Source: Minisyncoccota bacterium (GTDB taxonomy: Bacteria; Patescibacteriota; Minisyncoccia; Phycocordibacterales; GCA-2401445). Taken from it: a stretch of DNA of 64,000 nt. The stretch is taken from the NCBI GenBank assembly GCA_040879725.1, contig JBBDJV010000010.1, positions 52,892 to 116,891 of the forward strand. The letters run 5' to 3'. A program made the translations under genes and the position numbers. The notes beneath the pieces were generated by a model. The model was given only the letters and a program-made list of their open reading frames with translations, was not told the origin of the DNA and made no database searches. Positions 27,428 to 37,514 of this stretch are shown here, one piece after another (the stretch's first letter is position 1; each line of letters starts with the position of its first letter).

Positions 27428-27546
27428 AAAAAGAGCATAATAAAAAAGCTGGTACTCTGCCCTCTCTTGGGTGCTTGGGTGAGTCCAACTGAGTCGGGGC
27501 GTCTCTTCGCGCCCCGGCTCTATTTTTTTGGTATACTCGTAGTTAT

Positions 27547-28227
27547 ATGAATAACAGCTATAGTGTATTTACTGACGGTGCGTCTAAGGGAAACCCTGGA
27601 CCAGGCGGATACGGAGCAATAGTTTTTTCTTCTGACTCAGTGTTTGAAATCGGAGGAAGAGAAACACAAACAACCAATAATAGAATGGAGCTAAGCGCGG
27701 TGTTGTTTGCGTTGAAGTCAATTCCGGAAGGAAGTGATGTTGTTGTGTATTCAGATTCCAGGTACGTTATTAACGGAATTACTTCGTGGGTGTACGGGTG
27801 GGAGAAAAATGGATGGATAACAAAAGAAAAAAAGGAAGTACTGAATAAAGATTTGTGGGAAGAATTAGTGAGTGTTACCAGAAAAAGAACGGTTCGTTTT
27901 GAATATGTTGCCGGACATCAAGGAACTCCGGCAAATGAGCGCGTAGATACTATTGCCAGTTCATTTGCTGAAGGAGAAGAGGTAGTGTTGTATAACGGAA
28001 AAAGAAATGAGTATGGTATTACACCTGAAATACCAAAAGGAGGTGGAGAAAAGAAAAAAAGTGGTACGGTATACGGATATGTAAGTTATGTTGACGGAAA
28101 AGGAGAAGTGCATAAAACTTGGGCAGAGTGCAAAGCTCGAGTCGAGGGAAAGAGTAAACCAAAATATAAAAAAGTATATTCACAAACGGAGGCAACGGAG
28201 GTTTTGAAAAAGTGGAAAAGTAACTAA
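27547..28227 (+). CDS. rnhA: Ribonuclease HI with C-terminal hybrid-binding (Cauli_VI-like) domain
   Basis: FTDGASKGNPGPGG, TTNNRMEL, DSRYV, NKDLW, GHQG..NERVD; C-terminal TWAECKARVEG..KYKK. Confidence 0.92.
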   Translation: MNNSYSVFTDGASKGNPGPGGYGAIVFSSDSVFEIGGRETQTTNNRMELSAVLFALKSIPEGSDVVVYSDSRYVINGITSWVYGWEKNGWITKEKKEVLNKDLWEELVSVTRKRTVRFEYVAGHQGTPANERVDTIASSFAEGEEVVLYNGKRNEYGITPEIPKGGGEKKKSGTVYGYVSYVDGKGEVHKTWAECKARVEGKSKPKYKKVYSQTEATEVLKKWKSN

Positions 28228-28228
28228 T

Positions 28229-29704
28229 ATGCGAGTATCGCTCACACAGCTGACTGTTTGGGCGGTATTTTTTTGTTTAGGTAGCATTGTTTCTTTTTAC
28301 AGCAGTCCGTCTTTCTCTGTGCTTTTGTTCCTTGCTCTACTTGTTCTCACCGCAACAGTTTTTATTCCGTTTGTATTAAAAACGAAGGAAGTAGTACGAG
28401 TAGTCTTGATTTTAGGAGTGCTACTTTCTGCTTTTGTGTGTGGTGCTGTTCGTATGTCTATTGCGGAAAATGCGATTTCTGCGGATAGTATTATCACGAA
28501 TGAAGAAGTAACAGTTTCAGCACGTATTGTTTCCGAGGCGGACATAACGGAGGAGCGTTCGCGATATATTGTGGGTGTATTAAATGAGGAGGATGAAGTG
28601 GTTATCCGTGCGCGCATGAGTATTTCTCGCTTTCCTGAATATTTTTACGGTGACATTGTTACTATCAAAGGAGAGTTTTCTCTTCCGGAGGCATTTGAAA
28701 CCGAAGACGGTTCTTTTTTTGACTATCCCGCTTACCTGAAAGCAAAAAAGGTTCAGTACATTCTCGAACCAAGTGATATCACAGCTACCGGTGAGTATAA
28801 AAAAAGTTTTAGGAGGACATTGCTCGTATTCAAGTATTCTTTTCTCAGTGTTTTGCGTGAGGTGCTACCCGAACCACATGCATCGCTCTCTGCGGGAATA
28901 CTACTTGGGGTTGAGTCGTCACTCGGTGACCGCCTTCTTGAATTGTTTCGGATAACCGGGCTGATACATATTATCGTGCTCTCCGGATACAACGTTACCA
29001 TTGTAGCGGAATGGATTATGAGAATTGTTGGGAAAGTTCTTCCATTCCGTGCTTCTATTATCGCGGGTTCGTGCGCTATTGTAGCGTTTGCGGTTTTGAC
29101 CGGACTCACGGCAACTGTCGTACGCGCGAGTGTAATGGCGCTCTTGGCACTTTTCGCGCGCGCAACCGGAAATACATACATGATAGGCCGCGCACTGGTA
29201 CTTGCAGGACTTTGTATGATTTTGGCTAACCCCTACTTACTTATCGCAGATCCGTCGTTTCAGTTAAGTTTCATTGCATCGTTTGGTTTAATATACGGCG
29301 CGCCACTTGTTGTTCGCTATTTTACATGGGTGCGCGCGAGTGTTGTGAGAGAAATAATTGGCGCCACTATTGCAACTCAAATAGCGGTACTACCTATCAT
29401 TCTTTCTTTTTCAGGAGAGCTGTCACTTGTTTCAGTGCCGGTAAATGTGCTTACGCTTCTTGTGATACCGTACGCTATGTTTTTCTCTTTCAGTGCTGGA
29501 ATACTAGGAATGGTAAGTGGAATTCTTGCAATGCCATTTTCATTTGTAACGTACGTACTGCTTGAGTATGTATTACGGGTTGTGTACGCGTTTGGTACAC
29601 TTCCTTTTTCAGTTATTCCAATAGGAATACCAAATAATGTACTAATACTTGTTTCTTATATAGCACTTTTGGCTCTCTACTACAAAATAAAAAAACCCGC
29701 ATAA
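28229..29704 (+). CDS. comEC: ComEC/Rec2 competence channel (OB + membrane domains, no MBL domain)
   Basis: FDYPAYL, GLIHIIVLSGYNV, VVRASVM, SFQLSF. Confidence 0.92.
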   Translation: MRVSLTQLTVWAVFFCLGSIVSFYSSPSFSVLLFLALLVLTATVFIPFVLKTKEVVRVVLILGVLLSAFVCGAVRMSIAENAISADSIITNEEVTVSARIVSEADITEERSRYIVGVLNEEDEVVIRARMSISRFPEYFYGDIVTIKGEFSLPEAFETEDGSFFDYPAYLKAKKVQYILEPSDITATGEYKKSFRRTLLVFKYSFLSVLREVLPEPHASLSAGILLGVESSLGDRLLELFRITGLIHIIVLSGYNVTIVAEWIMRIVGKVLPFRASIIAGSCAIVAFAVLTGLTATVVRASVMALLALFARATGNTYMIGRALVLAGLCMILANPYLLIADPSFQLSFIASFGLIYGAPLVVRYFTWVRASVVREIIGATIATQIAVLPIILSFSGELSLVSVPVNVLTLLVIPYAMFFSFSAGILGMVSGILAMPFSFVTYVLLEYVLRVVYAFGTLPFSVIPIGIPNNVLILVSYIALLALYYKIKKPA

Positions 29705-29717
29705 GCGGGATTTTTTT
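29689..29717. terminator. Bidirectional terminator comEC/sod
   Basis: AAAAAACCCGC-ATAA-GCGGGATTTTTT. Confidence 0.8.
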
Positions 29718-30309
29718 ATTGTGCGTCTGCGAAGTTTTTCTCAATGACACTCCAGTTTAGGTTTTCAAAGAAGTCATCAACATACTTTTTCTTTCCGGAA
29801 GGTAGATAGTCGGCAACATATGAATGTTCCCACATATCAAGAGCTAAAACCGGACTTGTGTCCACCAAATGTCCCAAGTGTTGCTCATCAACCCATGCGT
29901 TTATAAGGCGCTTGGTCTTTTTATCATACGAAAGGAATACCCACCCAACTCCGCGTGTCACCGCGATTGCTTTAAAGCGAGCAAGCCACATCTCAAAAGA
30001 ACCAAACTCTTCTTTGATAGCTTGAGAGAGGGGGCTGTTTTCATTACGCTGGCTAGAGCCTTTTTCAAGAGAGGAGAAATAGTATTCGTGGTTTCGCATT
30101 CCACCCCATTCAAACCCGAACCTCCGCTGAAGTTCGGCTATTTCAAATGTATATTTCTCGCCATCTTTTGAAAGTTCAGCAATATGTGAGAGTATTAAGT
30201 TTGCGTGTTTTACATAACCCGCGTAAAGCTTGAGATGTTCTTCTATTGTTGTTTCGCTGATACCGATAAGCTTCGGTATAGTGAATGTTTTTGTTTCAAA
30301 TTCTTTCAT
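29716..30309 (-). CDS. Fe/Mn superoxide dismutase family protein
   Basis: EEH..LY.GYV, GGMRNHEYYF, FGSFE, LDMWEHSY. Confidence 0.9.
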   Translation of the reverse strand: MKEFETKTFTIPKLIGISETTIEEHLKLYAGYVKHANLILSHIAELSKDGEKYTFEIAELQRRFGFEWGGMRNHEYYFSSLEKGSSQRNENSPLSQAIKEEFGSFEMWLARFKAIAVTRGVGWVFLSYDKKTKRLINAWVDEQHLGHLVDTSPVLALDMWEHSYVADYLPSGKKKYVDDFFENLNWSVIEKNFADAQ

Positions 30310-30367
30310 ATAGTTAAGAGATTACTGATAATTATTCTCAGTATAACATACGGGGTATACTGTTTGT

Positions 30368-31216
30368 ATGAAGCGAGTAAAAATCCTAGCTCTCTGCGTC
30401 GGGTCTCTCCTGGTAGTAAATGTTGTGGTGTGGGGCGCAAGTGCTAAGGCAAACACTTCTTACTTGCAAGTTTCTTTTTTGGATGTCGGGCAGGGTGATG
30501 CGATTCTAATCCAGTCACCAACAGGAAATCAGGTTCTTATTGATGGAGGAAGAGGGGAAATTGTACTGCAAAAAATATCGAGTATTATGCCGTTTTATGA
30601 CAAAAGTATTGATGTTGTTATAGGAACCCACCCAGACTTGGATCATATAGGTGGACTGCCGTATGTCTATGACGCGTATGAAGTTGCGTACAGTGTTGAC
30701 TCCGGAGCAGAGTCTGATACCAGTGCGTTTAGGGGATATAAAGAGAGGCGAGACAAAGAAGGTTCGGTGTACCTATCTGTTCGACGTGGAGATGTATTTC
30801 ATTTAGGGGGAGGTGCGGAACTTGTAATTCTTTTTCCAGACAGAGATGTGTCCCAAGGTGATGCAAATGATGGCTCAATCATAGCGATGCTGACATATGG
30901 TGAGACAGCGGTGATGTTAACAGGAGATGCATCAAAGAAAATCGAAAGACACATACTCTCACTTGATGGAGTAGCGCTTGAAAGCACTATTTTAAAAGCG
31001 GGACATCATGGATCAAAAACTTCAAGTGATGAACTGTTTGTTGCTACCATCGCTCCACAGTTTGCTGTTATTTCCGCGAGTGAAAATAATTCATACGGTC
31101 ATCCGCATCCCGAAGTTATGGATGTACTGTCTCGACACGTGAAAACAGTACTTTCAACAGCAGAATCGGGAACGGTTACGTTTGTCGGCGACGGAAAAGA
31201 GTTTTGGATAAAATAA
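30368..31216 (+). CDS. ComEC C-terminal-type metallo-beta-lactamase fold nuclease
   Basis: FLDVGQGDAILI, THPDLDHIGG, NDGS, LTGDA, LKAGHHGSKTSS, NSYGHPH. Confidence 0.92.
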   Translation: MKRVKILALCVGSLLVVNVVVWGASAKANTSYLQVSFLDVGQGDAILIQSPTGNQVLIDGGRGEIVLQKISSIMPFYDKSIDVVIGTHPDLDHIGGLPYVYDAYEVAYSVDSGAESDTSAFRGYKERRDKEGSVYLSVRRGDVFHLGGGAELVILFPDRDVSQGDANDGSIIAMLTYGETAVMLTGDASKKIERHILSLDGVALESTILKAGHHGSKTSSDELFVATIAPQFAVISASENNSYGHPHPEVMDVLSRHVKTVLSTAESGTVTFVGDGKEFWIK

Positions 31217-31240
31217 AAAAACGGGCAGTGCCCGTTTTTT
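31215..31240. terminator. Bidirectional terminator
   Basis: AAAAAAACGGGC-AGT-GCCCGTTTTTT. Confidence 0.85.
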
Positions 31241-31482
31241 TAAATTACCCCTGCGTCTTTTAGTGTTCGAAATGCGCCTTTTTTCTGGATAGTCTTGATT
31301 GCTTTTGTCGAAAGGGTTAGGTTAAGCGTCTTTTTTAATTCAGGAATATAGATACGCTTCTTTTGAAGGTTTGCCTTTCGTCGTCGCAAGCCGGTAGGGT
31401 TAAACTGAGTAGCACGAGTACGGTTGCTGTACCCGCCTCCTACCAAACCGCTTTTATTTGTTACTGGACATGTTTTAGCCAT
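31240..31482 (-). CDS. rpmB: 50S ribosomal protein L28
   Basis: MAKTCPVT, RRKANLQKKRIY, LSTKAIKTI. Confidence 0.9.
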   Translation of the reverse strand: MAKTCPVTNKSGLVGGGYSNRTRATQFNPTGLRRRKANLQKKRIYIPELKKTLNLTLSTKAIKTIQKKGAFRTLKDAGVI

Positions 31483-31543
31483 ACGTGTTTTTTAATGTCC
31501 GCTTATGGTATCATACTATTGATTTTTGACAAGAGCCCGATAT

Positions 31544-32167
31544 ATGGATCCGATTACAATTATATTTTCAATAGCAATTCTTATAATGTCAGTTGTTGCG
31601 CACGAGGTTGCGCATGGCTATGCAGCTGAGTATCTAGGCGACCCTACCGCGCGTCTTCGGGGGCGCCTCACGCTCAATCCTATTGTGCATTTGGATATGT
31701 TTGGTTCAATAATTCTCCCAATACTCCTTACGCTTCTAAACGGCCCTGTGTTTGGATGGGCAAAGCCAGTACCGTACAATCCGTATAATTTACGAAATCG
31801 CCGATGGGGAGAAGCGATTGTCGCTGGAGCGGGACCGCTTACCAATATTGTAATTGCTGTAATATTTGCCCTTTTGGCAAGGTTGGCAATTACAGGAGTA
31901 ATTCCCCTTGGGAGTGATTTTGTGGGTATTTCTCAATTAGTGGTGTTTATAAACATATTTTTAGCCGTTTTTAACATGATGCCGGTACCTCCATTTGACG
32001 GATCAAAGGTATTATTTGCCTTTTTACCCCAGCATCTGCAAAAATATCGGCTTGTTCTTGAACAGCAAAGTATCCTGGTCCTTATTTTTGTTATTTTCTT
32101 CGTAGTTCAGTTTTTGGGACCGGTTGTTTTCAAAATATCTGATTTCCTTATCAGGGGACTTCTGTAG
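31544..32167 (+). CDS. Site-2 protease (M50) family protein
   Basis: HEVAHG, GDPTAR..GRLTLNP, FGWAKPVP, AGPLTN, FNMMPVPPFDG. Confidence 0.95.
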   Translation: MDPITIIFSIAILIMSVVAHEVAHGYAAEYLGDPTARLRGRLTLNPIVHLDMFGSIILPILLTLLNGPVFGWAKPVPYNPYNLRNRRWGEAIVAGAGPLTNIVIAVIFALLARLAITGVIPLGSDFVGISQLVVFINIFLAVFNMMPVPPFDGSKVLFAFLPQHLQKYRLVLEQQSILVLIFVIFFVVQFLGPVVFKISDFLIRGLL

Positions 32168-32236
32168 TACTTGCATTTTTATACGTACTATAGTACTCTG
32201 GTATCCACTACGTTTTGTAGCGACTTTTTTATAACA

Positions 32237-32647
32237 ATGTCAACAATAAATCAATTAGTACGAAAGAAGCGAAAGAAGATGACTCGCAAAATGAAGGCGG
32301 TTGCTCTTTCTCGTGGTTTCAACACTCTTGAAAACCGACCTACATATTACCCATCACCATTTAAGCGTGGAGTTTGTACAAAAGTAACAACAACCACACC
32401 TCGTAAGCCTAACTCAGCTATCAGAAAGATTGCTCGTGTGCGTCTCACTAACGGTATGGAAGTAACTGCGTATATTCCAGGTATCAAACATACACTCCAA
32501 GAGCACTCAGTGGTAGTGTTGCGCGGTGGACGAGTAAAGGACATCGGTGTTAGATATACTGTTGTTCGTGGTGTTCTTGATGCTACACCAGTAGAGAACC
32601 GAAAGAACGGACGAAGCCGATTTGGAGTAAAGCGACCTAAGGCGTAA
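32237..32647 (+). CDS. rpsL: 30S ribosomal protein S12
   Basis: [25 protein letters not shown]. Confidence 0.98.
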   Translation: MSTINQLVRKKRKKMTRKMKAVALSRGFNTLENRPTYYPSPFKRGVCTKVTTTTPRKPNSAIRKIARVRLTNGMEVTAYIPGIKHTLQEHSVVVLRGGRVKDIGVRYTVVRGVLDATPVENRKNGRSRFGVKRPKA

Positions 32648-32663
32648 TACAAATAACGAAACT

Positions 32664-33134
32664 ATGCGACGAAAAGTAAAAAACCGAAATATCGTAACAC
32701 CGGACCTTGTATACAACTCAGACAAGGTATCAAAGTTTATAAATTACTGTATGTGGGATGGTAAGAAGAATACCGCTCGAACAGTAGTGTATGAAGCGTT
32801 TGATATCATCAAAGAGGAGCAAAAGGTTGAAGACCCTATTGAGGTTTTCGAACGAGCACTAAAGAACACTGGACCGGTAATGGAAGTGCGTTCACGACGA
32901 GTTGGTGGTGCAAACTATCAAGTTCCTCGAGAAGTACGACCAGAGCGAAAGCTCGCGCTTTCTATGAGCTGGATTCTTGAGGCGGCACGAAGCAAGTCAG
33001 GATCAAAAATGTCACGCAGACTTGCAGATGAACTTATTGCGGCAAGCAACAATGAAGGTGAAGCGGTAAAGAAACGAGAAAACGTCCACAAGATGGCAGA
33101 AGCAAACAAAGCATTTGCTCACTTCGCTTGGTAG
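32664..33134 (+). CDS. rpsG: 30S ribosomal protein S7
   Basis: RRVGGANYQVP, HKMAEANKAFAHF. Confidence 0.98.
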   Translation: MRRKVKNRNIVTPDLVYNSDKVSKFINYCMWDGKKNTARTVVYEAFDIIKEEQKVEDPIEVFERALKNTGPVMEVRSRRVGGANYQVPREVRPERKLALSMSWILEAARSKSGSKMSRRLADELIAASNNEGEAVKKRENVHKMAEANKAFAHFAW

Positions 33135-33149
33135 TATTCATTTAAGTAT

Positions 33150-33179
33150 AAAAAACAGCCCGCGAACGCGGGCTGTTTT
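33150..33179 (+). terminator. Terminator after rpsG
   Basis: AAAAACAGCCCGCG-AA-CGCGGGCTGTTTT. Confidence 0.8.
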
Positions 33180-33234
33180 GTTTTAATCTATAAACACACC
33201 AGGTGTAACTTGTGCGCATATTTGAAACAAGGTC

Positions 33235-33261
33235 TTTTATCAAGGTTTAACCTTGATAAAA
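33235..33261. repeat. Solo AGGTTWAACCT-core palindrome
   Basis: TTTTATCAAGGTT-T-AACCTTGATAAAA, 13-bp perfect arms. Confidence 0.8.
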
Positions 33262-33417
33262 AGGAGGTCATTTACTTATTTTGTTATTAACATCACTTTT
33301 GCAATTTATATTCAGTTGTTGTATGCTAATGCCCACGTAGTCGAGGTGCTTTTGTTAGTGCCTTGGAGCTCATGAGGGGTGAGAGAAAATAATTAATTAG
33401 TAAAATAGCTATTATAT

Positions 33418-35562
33418 ATGGAACGAGATTATCCACTGGAAAAAGTACGAAATTTTGGAATCATTGCGCACATTGATGCGGGAAAGACGACGACATCAGA
33501 GCGTGTGCTTTTCTATACCGGTATGTCGCACAAAATTGGTGAGGTGCACGATGGAGAAGCGGTAACCGACTGGATGGAGCAGGAACGAGAGCGAGGTATT
33601 ACTATTACCGCTGCGGCAATTACTTGTTTCTGGAACCCTTCATACATGGGAGCGGATACTACTCTTAAACACCGTTTTAATATTATTGATACTCCAGGAC
33701 ACGTAGACTTTACCGTAGAAGTGGAGCGAAGTTTGAAAGTGCTTGACGGTGGAGTGGTTGTGTTTGACGGCGTTGCGGGAGTAGAGCCTCAGAGTGAAAC
33801 CGTATGGCGACAAGCAGACAAGTACAAAGTTCCTCGTATCTGTTTTATCAATAAGCTCGATAGAACTGGAGCAAGCTTTGAGCGTTCATATAAATCAATC
33901 ATCACTCGTCTTAACAAAAATGCAGTTCGTTTTCAGATTCCTATTGGTGAAGAAGGAGAGCATGATGGGGTGATAGATCTCATGAAAATGAAGGCTTACT
34001 ATTTCGAGGGAGTTATGGGCATTGATGTGGTTGAAAAAGAAATTCCTGAAAATCTAAAAGCTGATGCGGTAAAATTTCGAGCGGAGTTGGTAGAAAAGGT
34101 TGTTGAAAATGACGAAACCGCAATGAATGCGTATCTTGAAGGAAAAGAAATTCAACTTGAAGATTTGAAGCGTATTGCTCGACAAGCAACAATTGATAAC
34201 AAGCTTTTCCCTGTATTTACCGGTTCTGCGTTGAAAAACAAAGGAGTTCAGCTCGTTCTTGATGGTGTGGTTGACTACCTTCCATCTCCGCTTGATATTC
34301 CACCGGTTAAAGGAAAGGATCCAGAAACAGGTGAAGAAATTGAACGAAAGGCGGATGACAAAGAGCCGTTTTCAGCTCTTGCATTCAAACTGCAGTCTGA
34401 TCCGTACGTAGGTCAACTTACATTCTTCCGTGTGTATTCTGGAACAGTGGAGGCAGGTTCATATCTCTATAATGCGACAACTGGTAAGAAAGAGAGACTC
34501 GGACGTATTGTGCGTCTTCAGGCGAACCAACGAGAAGAAGTGAAAAAGATTTACGCGGGAGAAATTGCTGCTGCGGTTGGTTTGAAGGACGCGAAAACAT
34601 CGCACACATTCTGTGATGAAGACAAGCCGATTATTCTTGATGAAATTGTATTTCCTGAACCGGTTATCTCTCTTCGTATTGAACCAAAAACAAAAGCAGA
34701 CCAGGAGAAGCTTGGTATTGCACTAAAGCGACTTTCAGATGAAGACCCAACATTCCGTGTGGAATCTGATCCTGATACTCTGGAAACGGTTATTAAGGGA
34801 ATGGGTGAATTGCACTTGGAAATTCTCGTAGACCGCATGAAGCGAGAGTTTAGCGTTGAGGCGAATGTCGGTAAACCACAAGTAGCATACAAAGAAACTA
34901 TTACTGGTAATGCTGAGGCAGAACACAAGTACATCAAGCAGACAGGAGGTAAAGGACAGTACGGTCACGTTAAACTTACGATTAAACCACTTGAGCAACT
35001 TGCTGAAGGAGAAACACCTGCAAAGAATGTAAAGCGAATAGAAGGATTCGAGTTTATTGATTCAATTAAGGGAGGAGTTATCCCACAGGAGTTTATTCCA
35101 GCGGTAGAAAAGGGAGTGAAAGAAGCCATGGAAAGAGGAATTGTTGCTGGATACAAAATGACTGATATTTCTTGTGAACTAACTTTCGGTTCTTACCATG
35201 ATGTAGACTCTTCAGAAATTGCGTATAAAATTGCCGCTTCTATGGCATTCCAGGAAGCAGCGAAGAAAGCACGACCGGTTATTCTAGAGCCGATTATGAA
35301 AGTTGAGGTGGTTACTCCAGAGAAATTCATGGGTGATGTTACCGGACACCTTTCAAGTAAGAGAGGTCAGATTGAAGGAATGGATGATCGGGATATAAAC
35401 AAGGTAATACGAGCAAAAGTGCCGTTGTCAGAAATGTTTGGGTACGTTACGACACTTCGGTCTATGACAGAAGGTCGTGCGAGTTCAACAATGGAATTCG
35501 ATAGATACGACATTGTTCCTCCAAACGTTGCAAAAGAAATTGCAGAAGCAAGAAATAAGTAA
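33418..35562 (+). CDS. fusA: Elongation factor G
   Basis: [42 protein letters not shown]. Confidence 0.99.
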   Translation: MERDYPLEKVRNFGIIAHIDAGKTTTSERVLFYTGMSHKIGEVHDGEAVTDWMEQERERGITITAAAITCFWNPSYMGADTTLKHRFNIIDTPGHVDFTVEVERSLKVLDGGVVVFDGVAGVEPQSETVWRQADKYKVPRICFINKLDRTGASFERSYKSIITRLNKNAVRFQIPIGEEGEHDGVIDLMKMKAYYFEGVMGIDVVEKEIPENLKADAVKFRAELVEKVVENDETAMNAYLEGKEIQLEDLKRIARQATIDNKLFPVFTGSALKNKGVQLVLDGVVDYLPSPLDIPPVKGKDPETGEEIERKADDKEPFSALAFKLQSDPYVGQLTFFRVYSGTVEAGSYLYNATTGKKERLGRIVRLQANQREEVKKIYAGEIAAAVGLKDAKTSHTFCDEDKPIILDEIVFPEPVISLRIEPKTKADQEKLGIALKRLSDEDPTFRVESDPDTLETVIKGMGELHLEILVDRMKREFSVEANVGKPQVAYKETITGNAEAEHKYIKQTGGKGQYGHVKLTIKPLEQLAEGETPAKNVKRIEGFEFIDSIKGGVIPQEFIPAVEKGVKEAMERGIVAGYKMTDISCELTFGSYHDVDSSEIAYKIAASMAFQEAAKKARPVILEPIMKVEVVTPEKFMGDVTGHLSSKRGQIEGMDDRDINKVIRAKVPLSEMFGYVTTLRSMTEGRASSTMEFDRYDIVPPNVAKEIAEARNK

Positions 35563-35593
35563 GAAAAAACCCGACCGGAAGGTCGGGTTTTTT
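35563..35593 (+). terminator. Terminator after fusA
   Basis: GAAAAAACCCGACC-GGAA-GGTCGGGTTTTTT. Confidence 0.88.
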
Positions 35594-35630
35594 CCACATG
35601 AAAATATGAATAACAAGGTATACTTATAGC

Positions 35631-37421
35631 ATGAGAAACTATATAGTTATATTTTTAGTATGTATTCTGTTTACACCGGTTGCGGTTTCAGCACAGCAGT
35701 CAAGTCTTGAACTGCAAATACAGAATCTACTAAAGCAGGTTGCAGTACTTCAGGAAAAACTTAATCAAAAAACGGTTGCTTCAGGAATAGTTGAGGTGCA
35801 AATTACACCTTCTGTCACTGTTCCAGCACAACGAATTGACCGCGCTCTTCCTCGACAGGTATTGGGCGGGTATGATCTTTTGGTACAAGGAGAGTCAATT
35901 GTTGTTTCAAATTTGGTATTTACGATAAAACCGCAAGCAAGCGGTATTACGTCTGTGTACCTATACAACACTCACGGCGACAGGATAGCTGGTCCTGGGG
36001 CTGTTTCTGGCAATACAGTTACTTTTGCGGGTCCACTTCAGTTTCGCACCGGGAGCCATACGCTCGTTGTGAGAGGTACGCTTAACAATTCATTTGAAAA
36101 CGGAGAAGCAATTGAGCTGATAGCAGATATTTCTCTTTCTAAAATTACCGGTGCGGTTACCGGGCGAGTTATTTCTCCAAAAACCCAATCAGTAAGTGGA
36201 AATAGCATGACTGTCGTTTCAGCGGGACTTACGCTGACTCCAAAAGAGATAAAAGCAACCACCACAGTAGCAGATGGAACAAATGGAGTGGTATTTGGTG
36301 AATACACGCTTTCTGCAAAGAAATCTAGCGAACCGGTACGCGTAGAGTCGCTTTCTTTGCGTTTCAACGCAATAGCGGGTGATTTATTCGGAATTACTGG
36401 TTGTATGCTTCATGACAGTGTTGGAGCCCCACTGATGGAGGAACGCTCTCGGGTTAATCCACGTGAATCAAACAAGCTCTACACATTCACCATGAGCCCA
36501 CCTATTGTTGTTAGTACCAGTACGGATATTGTTATTACGTTAAAATGTAATACTGGAGTCAACAATTCAGGAATGTATACGTGGGGAGTTGTCGAGGGAA
36601 GTAGGGTTACTGCATTTGGTCTTCGTTCAGGCTCAACCATGGCCATTGGTATTGTCCCTGAAGAAAGTAGTACAGTAACAGTAGACCAAACACGCCACGC
36701 TCTTATATCTCACTGGGATTTCAATACTGATGGACAAGTAATCACAGATATTGTTGGTATTAATAACGGTTTACTAAAAGAAGCCACAACAACCCTTCGT
36801 GTTAACGGAAAGCATGGAAAGGCGCTTTCTCTTTACGGAGAACGTGAATATGTAGAGATTCCGCATAGTAATTCACTCCGAACCAATTCGGGTGCAATTG
36901 CGCTGTATGTGCTTCCTAAGGATAGTAAAACCTCTGGCATTTTCGCAAAAGGGGATGGGTGCGTAGAAGCGTGCTTTTCTTTGTCAGTGCGAAGTAATTC
37001 GTTTGTCTTGGAAAAGAAAGAGCGCGGGGTTTCAAGAACAATACTCAGCGGTTTTGTAGACGATGCTATCGCTACTGGTACGTGGTACCACATCTTGGTT
37101 CAATTTAACCCTGAGGGCTCACAGCTATACGTAAATGGCGAACTAACAAGTGAATCAGACGTATCACTCGATTTAAATACAAATCTCTACCCTATAACGC
37201 TTGGAAAATCAGGGTTTACCGATTATTTTAAGGGAAACATAGATGATGTAAGAATCTACAATAGAGAGCTTACTGATGAAGAAATACGAACACTTTCGCT
37301 TGGATTAAGTCCGGGAATTGCTGAAAAAGGCCTCTTTAACTCTATTCTTGGTTCAGTCTTTGGTTCTGTTACACAAAAAGACAGTTTTCTCTCAAGTGTG
37401 ATTTCTCTCTTTCTTCGATAG
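35631..37421 (+). CDS. Secreted surface protein with C-terminal LamG-like jellyroll domain
   Basis: Signal peptide; QIQNLLKQVAVLQEKL coiled coil; LISHWDFN, GKHGKAL, WYHI, LYVNGE, FKGNIDDVRIYNREL. Confidence 0.88.
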   Translation: MRNYIVIFLVCILFTPVAVSAQQSSLELQIQNLLKQVAVLQEKLNQKTVASGIVEVQITPSVTVPAQRIDRALPRQVLGGYDLLVQGESIVVSNLVFTIKPQASGITSVYLYNTHGDRIAGPGAVSGNTVTFAGPLQFRTGSHTLVVRGTLNNSFENGEAIELIADISLSKITGAVTGRVISPKTQSVSGNSMTVVSAGLTLTPKEIKATTTVADGTNGVVFGEYTLSAKKSSEPVRVESLSLRFNAIAGDLFGITGCMLHDSVGAPLMEERSRVNPRESNKLYTFTMSPPIVVSTSTDIVITLKCNTGVNNSGMYTWGVVEGSRVTAFGLRSGSTMAIGIVPEESSTVTVDQTRHALISHWDFNTDGQVITDIVGINNGLLKEATTTLRVNGKHGKALSLYGEREYVEIPHSNSLRTNSGAIALYVLPKDSKTSGIFAKGDGCVEACFSLSVRSNSFVLEKKERGVSRTILSGFVDDAIATGTWYHILVQFNPEGSQLYVNGELTSESDVSLDLNTNLYPITLGKSGFTDYFKGNIDDVRIYNRELTDEEIRTLSLGLSPGIAEKGLFNSILGSVFGSVTQKDSFLSSVISLFLR

Positions 37422-37486
37422 AAAGTTTTCTGCCTCAGTTGTCCACTAGTAATACACAGTTACCCCTTTTACGCTGTGCTTCAGGG

Positions 37487-37514
37487 TTGACTATTATTTT
37501 TCTTTTGTTACTAT
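37487..37514 (+). promoter_or_regulatory. Sigma70-type promoter for tuf-S10 genes
   Basis: TTGACT-16 nt-TACTAT with extended TG. Confidence 0.6.
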
